From a virus (taxonomy: Duplodnaviria; Caudoviricetes), in IMG/VR virus record IMGVR_UViG_3300027757_000725, positions 1 to 64,000 of that record: a stretch of 64,000 nt of DNA; one strand, given 5' to 3'. The stretch's first letter is position 1. Every line of letters begins with the position of its first letter. Below are positions 8,768 to 18,386 of this stretch, one piece after another. A program made the position numbers and the translations under genes. The notes under the pieces were generated by a model. That model was not told the origin of the DNA and made no database searches. It saw only the letters and a program-made list of their open reading frames with translations.

Positions 8768-10306
8768 ATGAACAAAGATGATTTTGAAGTTTGCCGATTT
8801 AATGGTAAAATCAAAGCTTTAGATAAAGATGATTTTTCTAGTTTTGGTATATCTCAAGCTAGTTTAGATGAAAAGGCTAAAAGCCTTATGCCTAACGAGT
8901 TCAATCCAGAAGACAATATTGATGTTATCCCAGTTGTTTTCAATCTAGCTGTAGTTAACGAATTTAATAAAAATGGAGATGGCATTGATACTGAAACAGC
9001 TATGGCTGCAGTAAAAAGATTTGTAAACAAACCCATAAATGTCGAACACCAAAAACAAAAAATAGTTGGTCACATGATTAATGCGTCCTTCTCTGAGGAG
9101 GAGTTTGATTTTAAAGATAATGACATAAATTCTTACGCTGGGAAAACTGAACCATTTTACATTAATGCTGCTGGCTTTATTTATAGTCATGTGTACCCAG
9201 AGCTAGCTGAAGCAATTTTGGAATCAAGCGACAAGGGTGAAGACGCATACCAGAGCATTTCCACAAGTTGGGAGTTAGCTTTTTCTCAATATAAAATAGC
9301 AGAAGGCTCAAATAAACTTTCCGAGTGTCGAGTTCTGTCAGAATCTGACGCAGAAAAGCAAAAAGAATACGTTAAAGGGTTTGGTGGAGAAGGATTAAAT
9401 TCAGAAGGAAACCCTGTAAATAGGTTGATTGTAGGGAAAACTTACCCATTGGGAGCTGCCCTAACAACAAACCCAGCCGCCAGAGTTAAGGGCATATATA
9501 TGAACAAGAAAGAGATGGACGAAGAGATGGAAGACAAGCAAAATAAAGAGTCTCTCACAATTTATCAAAAAGAAAAAATTTCCCTAAACAACGTAAACCC
9601 TGTAAACAAAGAAAAATTCAATATTTTAAATCATATGACAAAAGAAGAATTCGAAAAGCTCATGGATGGCGTTGCAGAAAATGTAGCTTCCGTAGTAAAG
9701 AAAGACGATCAAGCCAACTCTATTGGTGAGATTATGCGTGATGCTCTCAATGCACACGGAGAAAACTGGAAATCTAAAATTCAACTCGAAACCGAGGCTA
9801 AAGAAAAAGCTCGCGCAGACCTTGAATCCCTTCAAGCCTCTTTTAAAGGCGTTAAGGAAGAATTGGACGGAATTAAAAGCGAAATGGAAGCTAAGGCTTC
9901 TGTAGAACTTTTCAATGACCGCATGAACTTCATCGATCAAACTTACTCTCTCCAAGAGAAAGAGCTTGAGCATGTAGTTGCAGAAATGAAGGGTATCGAT
10001 AATACCAGTGAATCTTTCGAAGCTCTTAAAGATAAGCTAGCTGTTGTATTCTCGCACAGAAACAAAGAAGCTATTGCTAAAGCTGAACAAGAGGTTCAGG
10101 AAAGAGTTGAAGAACTTGTAGCCTCAACTCTTGAGTCTGCCAAAAAGGTTGAATCTGAGGTTTCCGAAGCTTCCGTAGAAGATGAAGATCTTCAAACTAC
10201 CGATGAAGAAACATCAACTATTCCAAATAATACCGCAGAGGCTTCTACCGAAACCTCTCTTGTAGAAAAACTAAAAAACAATTTTCAGGTACAAATTACC
10301 AAATAA
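8768..10306 (+). CDS. Prohead protease / scaffold fusion
   Basis: NKNGDG, PINVEH..IVGH, STSWE and GAALTTNPAA protease-like motifs; acidic coiled-coil C-terminal half. Confidence 0.75.
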   Translation: MNKDDFEVCRFNGKIKALDKDDFSSFGISQASLDEKAKSLMPNEFNPEDNIDVIPVVFNLAVVNEFNKNGDGIDTETAMAAVKRFVNKPINVEHQKQKIVGHMINASFSEEEFDFKDNDINSYAGKTEPFYINAAGFIYSHVYPELAEAILESSDKGEDAYQSISTSWELAFSQYKIAEGSNKLSECRVLSESDAEKQKEYVKGFGGEGLNSEGNPVNRLIVGKTYPLGAALTTNPAARVKGIYMNKKEMDEEMEDKQNKESLTIYQKEKISLNNVNPVNKEKFNILNHMTKEEFEKLMDGVAENVASVVKKDDQANSIGEIMRDALNAHGENWKSKIQLETEAKEKARADLESLQASFKGVKEELDGIKSEMEAKASVELFNDRMNFIDQTYSLQEKELEHVVAEMKGIDNTSESFEALKDKLAVVFSHRNKEAIAKAEQEVQERVEELVASTLESAKKVESEVSEASVEDEDLQTTDEETSTIPNNTAEASTETSLVEKLKNNFQVQITK

Positions 10307-10335
10307 TAAAAAAAATCTAACTTATAAATAAAATT

Positions 10336-10923
10336 ATGGCTAACGATATAACTAAACTATTGCCATTCCGTCATTACAGTGAAACCGATGTTATCAACAT
10401 GTTTTCATTCGACGGAGGCGAAGTAGGTGCAGGACTCATTGTTAAGATCACTAAAGCTGACCTTAACCAAGATCTTGTAGAATACGGCGAAGGGGGTTTC
10501 CTTAACGCTATTGGAAATGCTACATCTATGTATGCAAACGTTCCTCACAAAGTTCAGCTCGCTGACTCTGGGGATGTAGGATTGGGAATTCTTCTGCGTG
10601 ATGTACGCGAAGAGGACGAAAACGGAGAAAAAATTCGTTTTTATCCAGAGAAAAAAGCTGAACTTCAGTGTGTAGTCTCTGGTGAGGCTGTGCCTGTAGC
10701 TTCTAAGGGTTCTTTCACATTTACTGAAGGAGCTTTTGAAGGCGGTACTATTCCTGCTCCAATGTCTCAACTTGCTGTCCGCGATGGTGGTAAGCTTGGT
10801 ACAGCTGGCGCTAGTGAAGCTGTTGTAGGACTCGTTCTTGCAACTGGAAGCAGAGAAACCCAAGGAGAAGGTTCTGCCGATCCTTTCGCAGGTGACTACG
10901 CAATCGTAAAAATCGAACTCTAA
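10336..10923 (+). CDS. Capsid decoration/cement protein
   Basis: Small Gly/Ala-rich beta protein directly before the capsid gene; high-expression codon bias. Confidence 0.6.
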   Translation: MANDITKLLPFRHYSETDVINMFSFDGGEVGAGLIVKITKADLNQDLVEYGEGGFLNAIGNATSMYANVPHKVQLADSGDVGLGILLRDVREEDENGEKIRFYPEKKAELQCVVSGEAVPVASKGSFTFTEGAFEGGTIPAPMSQLAVRDGGKLGTAGASEAVVGLVLATGSRETQGEGSADPFAGDYAIVKIEL

Positions 10924-10937
10924 AATAAATCACGAAC

Positions 10938-12092
10938 ATGAAGATTACAATTAAAAGAACAGAAGATCAATTAGCCCTAGTTCGCGCTATGGCTTCATCA
11001 AATCGTGAAGAGTCTTACGAAGCACAGGCAGCTGTAGCTTCTCTTATTGGACCTGTAGTTAACGAGGTTATTAACAACGCCACCACAATTGGCAACCTCT
11101 TTAGTACAATGACATATGAGTGGGACGACAATCCGTCACTCCCTCTAGACCTCTTCCACGACATTACAGACGAAGATTATATTCAAATTTACTCTCAACA
11201 AGTTGCGGGTGGACTTCCTTATAACCAAGTCTTTCCAGCTCACAATGAGCTTAAATTCAATACCTACACTATTGACAGTGCTCTTGCGTTTGACCGCAAG
11301 TATGCTAGAAAAGCTAGGGTTGATGTTGTCAGCAAAACATTCACAAGAATGGCTCAAGAAGTAATGCTTAAGCAAGAGCGCACAGCGTTCAACGTTTTGG
11401 CTTCCGCTCTCATTAAGGGCAACGGAACCACAAACAAGCGCATTATTTCCTCCAACAACCAAGGTCGCATCATTCTTGATGACCTTAACAGATTGATCAC
11501 TAAATCCAAGCGCATTAATAGCTCTTGGGCTGGTGGTACTCCTGTTGGTGGAGCTAACGTTGGCGTAACTGACCTTATGGTTTCACCAGAGATGGTCGAG
11601 AAGCTTCGCTCAATGTCTTACAACCCAATCAATACTGAAGGTGGTGCAAGAACAGCGGGTAGCTCAAACACCTCTACAGAAAGTGCTGTTAGCGCTCCTG
11701 AGAGCCTTCGTGAGACCCTTTACAGCGGAGCTGGACTCCCTAACTTCTACGGCATCAATATCATTGAAGTCCTTGAAATGGGTATCGAGCAACGTTTCAA
11801 TAAGATCGCCCTTGCAATCGACGCTGGCGATGCCTCTACAGTTACATCTGGTGGACAAGGATCAAGTCCTGACGCTGGCTTCAGTTCAACTGACGAGCTT
11901 CTTATTGGTATCGACCGTAGCAAAGAGTCACTAATCCGCCCAGTCGTTCTTGACGAAGGTGCATCTGACGCGTTCAACGTACAAGTTGACGATCAGTTCT
12001 CCGTACGCCAAGAGAAGATTGGTTGGTTTGGTAAGATTGAAGAGGGTCGCCTCTGCATCGACGATAAAGCCCTTGTGGGAATCGTCGCCTAA
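10938..12092 (+). CDS. Major capsid protein (HK97-like)
   Basis: 384 aa, synteny, strong codon bias, followed by a terminator. Confidence 0.8.
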   Translation: MKITIKRTEDQLALVRAMASSNREESYEAQAAVASLIGPVVNEVINNATTIGNLFSTMTYEWDDNPSLPLDLFHDITDEDYIQIYSQQVAGGLPYNQVFPAHNELKFNTYTIDSALAFDRKYARKARVDVVSKTFTRMAQEVMLKQERTAFNVLASALIKGNGTTNKRIISSNNQGRIILDDLNRLITKSKRINSSWAGGTPVGGANVGVTDLMVSPEMVEKLRSMSYNPINTEGGARTAGSSNTSTESAVSAPESLRETLYSGAGLPNFYGINIIEVLEMGIEQRFNKIALAIDAGDASTVTSGGQGSSPDAGFSSTDELLIGIDRSKESLIRPVVLDEGASDAFNVQVDDQFSVRQEKIGWFGKIEEGRLCIDDKALVGIVA

Positions 12093-12109
12093 TCGCTTAA
12101 AACAATTAC

Positions 12110-12146
12110 AAGAACCGTTCCTTTAGAGGGGCGGTTCTTTTTTTTT
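12110..12146 (+). terminator. Rho-independent terminator after the capsid gene
   Basis: AAGAACCGTTCC-TTTAGA-GGGGCGGTTCTT then a T-run. Confidence 0.9.
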
Positions 12147-12177
12147 GATTTTTTTGGTGTAATACATATCATATGTT

Positions 12178-12684
12178 ATGAGCGATAATAAAAAACAAGG
12201 CAAAAAACTTAGCAAAAAAACTAACAAAGAAGCTAGGGAAAAGGAATTAAAAGAACTTTTAGATGTAGAGGGTTCTATTGGTCACGCTATACAAGAAGAT
12301 GACACTGGAAAACAAAAGGAATCATTAGAAGCCTTTGAGATGGTTGACGGAAAGAGTAGAAGTGAAAAACAAAAGCAAATAGATCAAGCTAGAGATTTGG
12401 AAGATCTTCTGGGCATTCAAGAAATGAACCCATACAGAACATTAAATGAAGATATTTTTGCTAGTAAGTTAGAAGATATGTCTGTTTCTGAGATGACTTC
12501 ATTAGCCATGCACGTTGGAGTTACTCCACAGCAGAGCACCAGAGAATTAAAAAGAAATTTGATTGAATCTTTCAATATGTACGCTAGGAAGCACAATGTG
12601 AATGTGCCGAGCCCAATACAACCAATCATAGACGAGAATTCCCCAAACTACAAAAAAACTGTAAGGTTGTTTAACGATATTTAA
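12178..12684 (+). CDS. Hypothetical head/neck-module protein
   Basis: ORF; GTGTAA at 12157 upstream. Confidence 0.6.
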   Translation: MSDNKKQGKKLSKKTNKEAREKELKELLDVEGSIGHAIQEDDTGKQKESLEAFEMVDGKSRSEKQKQIDQARDLEDLLGIQEMNPYRTLNEDIFASKLEDMSVSEMTSLAMHVGVTPQQSTRELKRNLIESFNMYARKHNVNVPSPIQPIIDENSPNYKKTVRLFNDI

Positions 12685-12687
12685 AAT

Positions 12688-13158
12688 ATGAATGACCTTG
12701 GAGAGCTTGCAGAACAAATAATAAATACTGAATTTCCTGAAGACACAGATAGATTCCCGATATCTTATGTGTCTGGTTGGTTAGATGCTAACATAGGCGA
12801 AGTCAACATTCTTCTCAATGAAGATTTTGAAATAGATGTGAGTGGTAATTTTTTACCCTCATTTTGCGCTGAAGAGGAGGCAATCTATACTGAGCTATAT
12901 TCTGTACATTATTACGAGAAGCTCTCTAGGGACGTTCTGAGGGGCATTACGAGCAATTGTGCTGGCTCCTCTGATTGGGTGTTGTTAAAAGAAGGTGATA
13001 CAACAATACAAAAACAAAACAAAAACTCTATAGCCAGAACCTTGAACTCTTTTAAAAATGATTCAATGGACAAGCTTAACGACTTAGTTTCTAAGTATAA
13101 TGTTTATAAATCATCACCTATTCAGGTTTACGGTTCAGACAAAAACAATATAGCATAA
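12688..13158 (+). CDS. Putative head-tail adaptor
   Basis: Size and synteny. Confidence 0.5.
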   Translation: MNDLGELAEQIINTEFPEDTDRFPISYVSGWLDANIGEVNILLNEDFEIDVSGNFLPSFCAEEEAIYTELYSVHYYEKLSRDVLRGITSNCAGSSDWVLLKEGDTTIQKQNKNSIARTLNSFKNDSMDKLNDLVSKYNVYKSSPIQVYGSDKNNIA

Positions 13159-13159
13159 G

Positions 13160-13615
13160 ATGTCTTCTCTATTGTCAGATGATGAAAAGAAGCAAATTCA
13201 ACTTGAGTTGGATAATGTAAGGGATACCTTTTTTAGGGACATATATGTGTATATAAAGAAATATACTGATTCTCCCAATGACTTACCTCAAGACTATAAC
13301 CCCCTTTATAGTGCTCCAAAGCAAACGACTAGACACACTACCACAAGGAATACAATGGAAAAAGTTAAAATACAAGCCATTGTAAAATACGAAAACTTCC
13401 AAGATGATAGAATCGTTGATGCTAAAGCACAAATGAACTTATCCGCTTCAGAGGGTAGGATTAGACTAAAAGTCAAAAAAGAGGGTTACGAAAAATTGAA
13501 AATTTCATCTAGGGTTGAAGTAGACGGAGACCTGTTTACTTTAGAAGGAGATTCAAAACATATAGGTCCATTTGACTCTCAGTATTATCAGGTAAACTTG
13601 AAGAGAGAAAATTAA
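13160..13615 (+). CDS. Putative head closure (stopper) protein
   Basis: Size and synteny; beta-rich C-terminus RVEVDGDLFTL..YYQVNLKR. Confidence 0.5.
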   Translation: MSSLLSDDEKKQIQLELDNVRDTFFRDIYVYIKKYTDSPNDLPQDYNPLYSAPKQTTRHTTTRNTMEKVKIQAIVKYENFQDDRIVDAKAQMNLSASEGRIRLKVKKEGYEKLKISSRVEVDGDLFTLEGDSKHIGPFDSQYYQVNLKREN

Positions 13616-14217
13616 TGGCTAGAAACGTCAAAGTAGTCATAAACAAAAGGGCTGTTTTAAGAGATGTAATGACATCTAGCAAGAGATCTTTAGCTTTGCA
13701 AATAAGAAGATCATTAGCTCCAGAAATTCTAAAAAAACAAAAGCAACTTCAAGGTGACTTCGAATCTCATCCAGTTACAAGAGAGATAGAACAAGGTCCT
13801 TATGCCAACAACATAAGTGGTCTTACAAATGGATATGGAAACTTGTTTTCTTTCATAGGTTTCGAAGCTAACTCTACGCCAACAATAGATATCAAAAGAA
13901 TATTCGATAGGAAAATCACTTATAGCGTAAGAAGTTTAAAGCAAAACGGTTCGTTCAAAGTATCTATGTCTATACCGACTTTAGAAGAGGTTTTTTCTGC
14001 AACACCCATTCCTTGGGCTGGAGGTTTGAGTTGGGCTGAAGGAATAGAAAAAGGTATAAGCAATCTTGGATCTTATGTGTATAGTAGTAATACAAAGACA
14101 TCTTCGAGATCAGGTTCTGGATTGCAGGTTTCAAAAAGCACAGGGTCTAGCTTTGATACAACACCTTATATATCTAAAATCATAGAAGATTTTAAAAACA
14201 ATTTAAGAAAAATTTAA
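13615..14217 (+). CDS. Putative neck / tail-completion protein
   Basis: Basic protein; synteny. Confidence 0.45.
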   Translation: MARNVKVVINKRAVLRDVMTSSKRSLALQIRRSLAPEILKKQKQLQGDFESHPVTREIEQGPYANNISGLTNGYGNLFSFIGFEANSTPTIDIKRIFDRKITYSVRSLKQNGSFKVSMSIPTLEEVFSATPIPWAGGLSWAEGIEKGISNLGSYVYSSNTKTSSRSGSGLQVSKSTGSSFDTTPYISKIIEDFKNNLRKI

Positions 14218-14219
14218 AA

Positions 14220-15098
14220 ATGAAAGCCCAGTTCGATCAGAATCTATTATCTAGCTTTTACCTTTGGTTTGAAAATGCCCTACTAAAAGAGGATATAAAA
14301 GCATATGTCACAGGTCTTGAAAACAGTTTTAAGTATGTGGAATATTCGGATTTACCAAGTGATTTTATAGGTTACCAAGGTCAGTTCAGGCAGTTGGTTG
14401 CGGATCAGTCTGTAGAAAGCCCAAATTCTGGTGTTTATATAAATGGACAATTTATAAATGACGATCCAGACAGTAACGGAGGTGTTTTCTTGGATTATCA
14501 AGAAGGCAGAGTTGTATTACCTTTATCCTCTGGCAAAGACTTGGATATAACAGCAACTTCTACAGTAAAAGAGGTTAACACTTACATAGCTAACGATAGT
14601 GATGTAAGCACAATACTTCAATCTGATTTTCTAGAAAATGGTCAAACCACTCCTTACTTTTTTAACCAATCAGAAAAACTAGACGAAAAAACATTTTTTT
14701 TGCCAGCTTGTTTTATCTCTTTAGCTTCATCTAAAAATGACGAGCATTGTATTGGTGGAATGGAAGAAACTAAAAACAGAGTTCAAGTTATGGTTTTGAC
14801 TAGAGATAATTTTGTAATAGACAGTATAATTTCTAAGTTTAGAGACTCTGCTAGAGACGAGTTTTCACACATACCTTACGAAAACTTTCCTTATGGGTTT
14901 TCTTATTCTATAAAGCAAGCTCCATATGATTACGAGGTTTTCCAAAAAACCTTTGAAGGAGGTGTCACTACTCATTTGGATAAGGTTAGTGTATCTAAAG
15001 TTTACTCTGAAAGAATGAGAGAACTTATTAATAGGGACTTTTCTGTAGCCATGATGGAGTTCGATTTATCAACATATAGATTCCCAAGATTACAATAA
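14220..15098 (+). CDS. Putative tail terminator
   Basis: Directly before the tail tube; LPACFIS segment. Confidence 0.45.
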   Translation: MKAQFDQNLLSSFYLWFENALLKEDIKAYVTGLENSFKYVEYSDLPSDFIGYQGQFRQLVADQSVESPNSGVYINGQFINDDPDSNGGVFLDYQEGRVVLPLSSGKDLDITATSTVKEVNTYIANDSDVSTILQSDFLENGQTTPYFFNQSEKLDEKTFFLPACFISLASSKNDEHCIGGMEETKNRVQVMVLTRDNFVIDSIISKFRDSARDEFSHIPYENFPYGFSYSIKQAPYDYEVFQKTFEGGVTTHLDKVSVSKVYSERMRELINRDFSVAMMEFDLSTYRFPRLQ

Positions 15099-15130
15099 GG
15101 TGTAAAAAATAAAAAACATTCTAATCAATT

Positions 15131-16228
15131 ATGTCAAGAACAAGAATCATTTCACAAAACAAAGCGGTCTTTGCTTCTGCAACTGGCTGGGGAGGCGGAT
15201 TAACCACCGCTTCACAATTAAACAGGGTAGATACTTTCTCTTTTGAAGTCGATCAGGCAGGAGCCAGAGAAGACATTAGGGAGTTCGGTCAACTATCGCG
15301 TATTGGAGTAGAACTTACTTCAGAAGTAACGCCAACAGTTTCTCTAGGCTATTTCCTTGGAGGAGGAGAAAACGAGACGTATCTCGGGCTCACAACTTCT
15401 AACCTAAACGCACAGATTATTTCTGGAATTTTGTCAGAAGACCCAGACGCAAGAGAGCGCAACCTTTATGTTGCTACCGTTAAAGAAGGAGAAGACGCAT
15501 TTAATAGCACTTCTTGGGCTAGCGACGAAGCTGAACACGATACAATTGGATTCGGAAACGTATTCTTAACATCTTACACAGCCAACTTTGCTGTAGGAGA
15601 AATTCCAAGAGTTGATGTCGAGGGAGAAGCTTCTAACGTTGTTTTCTTTACAGGAACTCATAGCGCCTTAGAAAACCCTTCTGTTGACTCCACCTACGCA
15701 AGACAAGCTGGAACTATCACTTTGCCAGCTCCTGATACTGGATCAATGTCATTTGCTGTACTTAGACCGCAAGATGTAAGCGTTACATTCGAGAACGATG
15801 AAATCTCAGTTGGAGACAACATTGGTGTAGATCTTTCTAATATATGTGTTCAGAACGCAAGCGTGGAAATTCCACTAGCAAGGGAAAACGTCGAGTGCCT
15901 CGGAAGAGAACGCGGAACAAAGTACCTTGAGTTTCCAATTGACGTTAATGTCAACATGAGCGCTCTTGTAAGTGACTTCAAACAAGGTTCACTTGAGTAT
16001 GTTCTCACTGGAACTGCTGGAGACGACAGGGTTGACGTTGTTATCAAAGTCGAAGATAAACTCGGATCTCCCGTCCATGTATTTCAGCTTAAAAATGCTG
16101 TTCTGGATAGCCAATCATTCAGCACATCGTTGGACGACAACGAAAGTGTTGATTTAACTTTCTCAGCTCAAATTGCTGGAGCTTCAACCTCTACAGAAGG
16201 TGTCTTCTGGAGCGGAAGAGAAGCTTAA
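15131..16228 (+). CDS. Major tail tube protein
   Basis: Acidic, beta-rich; high-expression codon bias; followed by a terminator; upstream of chaperones and tape measure. Confidence 0.7.
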   Translation: MSRTRIISQNKAVFASATGWGGGLTTASQLNRVDTFSFEVDQAGAREDIREFGQLSRIGVELTSEVTPTVSLGYFLGGGENETYLGLTTSNLNAQIISGILSEDPDARERNLYVATVKEGEDAFNSTSWASDEAEHDTIGFGNVFLTSYTANFAVGEIPRVDVEGEASNVVFFTGTHSALENPSVDSTYARQAGTITLPAPDTGSMSFAVLRPQDVSVTFENDEISVGDNIGVDLSNICVQNASVEIPLARENVECLGRERGTKYLEFPIDVNVNMSALVSDFKQGSLEYVLTGTAGDDRVDVVIKVEDKLGSPVHVFQLKNAVLDSQSFSTSLDDNESVDLTFSAQIAGASTSTEGVFWSGREA

Positions 16229-16246
16229 GTTTTGTATTGTTGTGTT

Positions 16247-16282
16247 AAACAAGCCCTTCCGAAAGGTTGGGCTTGTTTTTTT
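16247..16282 (+). terminator. Rho-independent terminator after the tail tube gene
   Basis: AAACAAGCCC..CC-GAAA-GG..GGGCTTGTTT then a T-run. Confidence 0.9.
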
Positions 16283-16296
16283 GTGTAAAAAAGAGT

Positions 16297-16686
16297 ATGC
16301 AGCAAACAAAAAAAATAGATTCTGAATCTTTCTCCAAAGGCATATTTGAATTATCCTTTGCTATTCGGCAAAAAGAAAGTTCTTTTAAATTACATTTAGG
16401 AAGTGGGTTTTTCGACGGAGAAGATATCAATGACCTGCAATCTACTGGAATATCTTTTTCTGGTGAAAATGGTCAAATTTTTGATTCTTCTGGAAACTTT
16501 TTTGGAGGTTACTATCCGTCTAAGGTCTTTGGCTTAGATGTACATATAAAAAACGAATATAAATATTCTTATTTTTTTAATAGTTTGTTGATTTCAAATG
16601 ATATGGACATTGAGAGCGATTATATAAATGCAATTAAGTTCGAATCAGAGGACGGGGATTCTCTTTCTTTAGGAATCAAAAAATAA
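16297..16686 (+). CDS. Hypothetical tail-module protein (probable start 16297)
   Basis: The TTG 16267 start lies in the terminator; GTGTAA at 16283-16288 is 8 nt before ATG 16297. Confidence 0.6.
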   Translation: MQQTKKIDSESFSKGIFELSFAIRQKESSFKLHLGSGFFDGEDINDLQSTGISFSGENGQIFDSSGNFFGGYYPSKVFGLDVHIKNEYKYSYFFNSLLISNDMDIESDYINAIKFESEDGDSLSLGIKK

Positions 16687-16736
16687 ATTTGATTTTTAAC
16701 TATAAATAAACATAATTATATAAATAAACACATTTT

Positions 16737-17507
16737 ATGAAAGAACTTTATTCATTTGAAATCGAAAGAGATATTGTAGTAGAAACACCTTATACCAAAA
16801 AAACGAAAAACGGAGAAAAGGAGTATACTAAGAAGACTAAGAAAAAAAAGAAAGAAAGGGTTATTGTTTACAAACCAACTGTTTCAGACATTGAGAGGGC
16901 TGAGTTTTTCTATGGTCAAAAATACAACGAGTATATTAATGCTGGTTTCTTAACTAGAGCTATGCTCGAAAGAAAGTTTGCGAGTAATGAGGATACCGTT
17001 GGGCTAGAGAAAGATCTAAAAGATGCTTTGTTGTTAAACATCGAATCTTCTAGAACTATAGAGTTTTACGGAGCTGCGAAAAAACTTGATGAGGAACAAA
17101 AAATCAAATTAGCAGAAGCTGAAGAGAAGATGGCGGAAGCTCAGTCTATCATTATGAAATACGAATCTTCCTTGAGAGATCAATATAGTCAGACTGCAGA
17201 CGTTAAATCAGAAACAAAAATGATAGAATGGTTTATATTTAACTTTTCTTTTTATGAGGACGAGGTAGAAGGAAAGACTGACGTTTTCCCTGTATTTGAA
17301 GGTGCAAGCTTTGATGAGAAAAGGCAATCATTTCTTTATCTTTCTGAAGATAAGGAAGATATTGAAGATGAAAACATACTCTTAATTAAAGATATTTTTG
17401 ATAGCAGTTTTGATAAACTAACTAAGGTTATTAACCTTTGGTATAATAAAATGGGCAACAACCAAAAAGAAATAGATAAGAGTATGAAAGAGGTCTTTTC
17501 TAGTTAG
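16737..17507 (+). CDS. Putative tail assembly chaperone 1
   Basis: Synteny between tube and tape measure. Confidence 0.55.
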   Translation: MKELYSFEIERDIVVETPYTKKTKNGEKEYTKKTKKKKKERVIVYKPTVSDIERAEFFYGQKYNEYINAGFLTRAMLERKFASNEDTVGLEKDLKDALLLNIESSRTIEFYGAAKKLDEEQKIKLAEAEEKMAEAQSIIMKYESSLRDQYSQTADVKSETKMIEWFIFNFSFYEDEVEGKTDVFPVFEGASFDEKRQSFLYLSEDKEDIEDENILLIKDIFDSSFDKLTKVINLWYNKMGNNQKEIDKSMKEVFSS

Positions 17508-18368
17508 ATGGATTATAGTTTAATATTGCTAGATATATTAAGGGGTTATAGTTATATAGACACTCCAGATGGAAAAATCTACCTTAAACATATATCTATA
17601 GAAGAGCAACTATCTTTAACTGAGTTTGAAAAAGAGGATTTCGATAATCTTGTTAAATCTGGCATAAAGCCAGAGTCAACACTTCTAAGCGACGCTATAA
17701 GTTATGGAGGTTGGTCAGAAGAAGAAGAAAAACAAATAAAAGACCTTACTTGGACTGTAGATAAGAGTGAGAAAGCTTCTAACAACATTGCTGATGCAAA
17801 TCAAAAGCAAATGTTTAGAAATACATTCCAGAAAGAAAGAAGTGAATTAAAAATACTCAAAGAAAAGAAACAAAAAATAATTTCCTTTAGTGCCGAAGTC
17901 CTATCTTCTACATCAAGAACAAAAAGGTATGCTGAATTGTGTTTTTTTAGAGATCCTAATTTTACAAAAAAAATAAAAAAGGATATCAAGCAAAGATATA
18001 ATGAACAGCTTTTTAAAAAGATTGGAGTCTTCTTCGATGAAAAATCATTAATAAATGCGGCTTATGAGCCGTCTTTTTTTGAGCCCTTCATATTGCAAAA
18101 CAAAAGTCCTTTCTGTATTTTTGGAAAAAGCCTTGTGGAGTTGTCATATTTGCAATCAAGATTAATGGTTATTGCTAACACTTTGCTTAGTAAGTTTAAA
18201 AATTGTACCAATATACCAGAAGACGTATCCAGTGATGCTGTAGCTCTTTTTAAATATGAAGAATCGGATAATAAACACAACAAGGGGAAAACTACTGAGG
18301 GAGTATCTGATCTGAAGGCAAAAATGAATAAAAAAGGTAAGCTTACCTCAGAAGACCTTTTGTCTTAA
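17508..18368 (+). CDS. Putative tail assembly chaperone 2
   Basis: Directly before the tape measure; in frame with the preceding ORF. Confidence 0.5.
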   Translation: MDYSLILLDILRGYSYIDTPDGKIYLKHISIEEQLSLTEFEKEDFDNLVKSGIKPESTLLSDAISYGGWSEEEEKQIKDLTWTVDKSEKASNNIADANQKQMFRNTFQKERSELKILKEKKQKIISFSAEVLSSTSRTKRYAELCFFRDPNFTKKIKKDIKQRYNEQLFKKIGVFFDEKSLINAAYEPSFFEPFILQNKSPFCIFGKSLVELSYLQSRLMVIANTLLSKFKNCTNIPEDVSSDAVALFKYEESDNKHNKGKTTEGVSDLKAKMNKKGKLTSEDLLS

Positions 18369-18371
18369 AAT

Positions 18372-18377
18372 GTGTAA
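18372..18377 (+). promoter_or_regulatory. Putative late promoter GTGTAA
   Basis: 9 nt before the tape measure ATG 18387. Confidence 0.65.
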
Positions 18378-18386
18378 TAGCTATAA

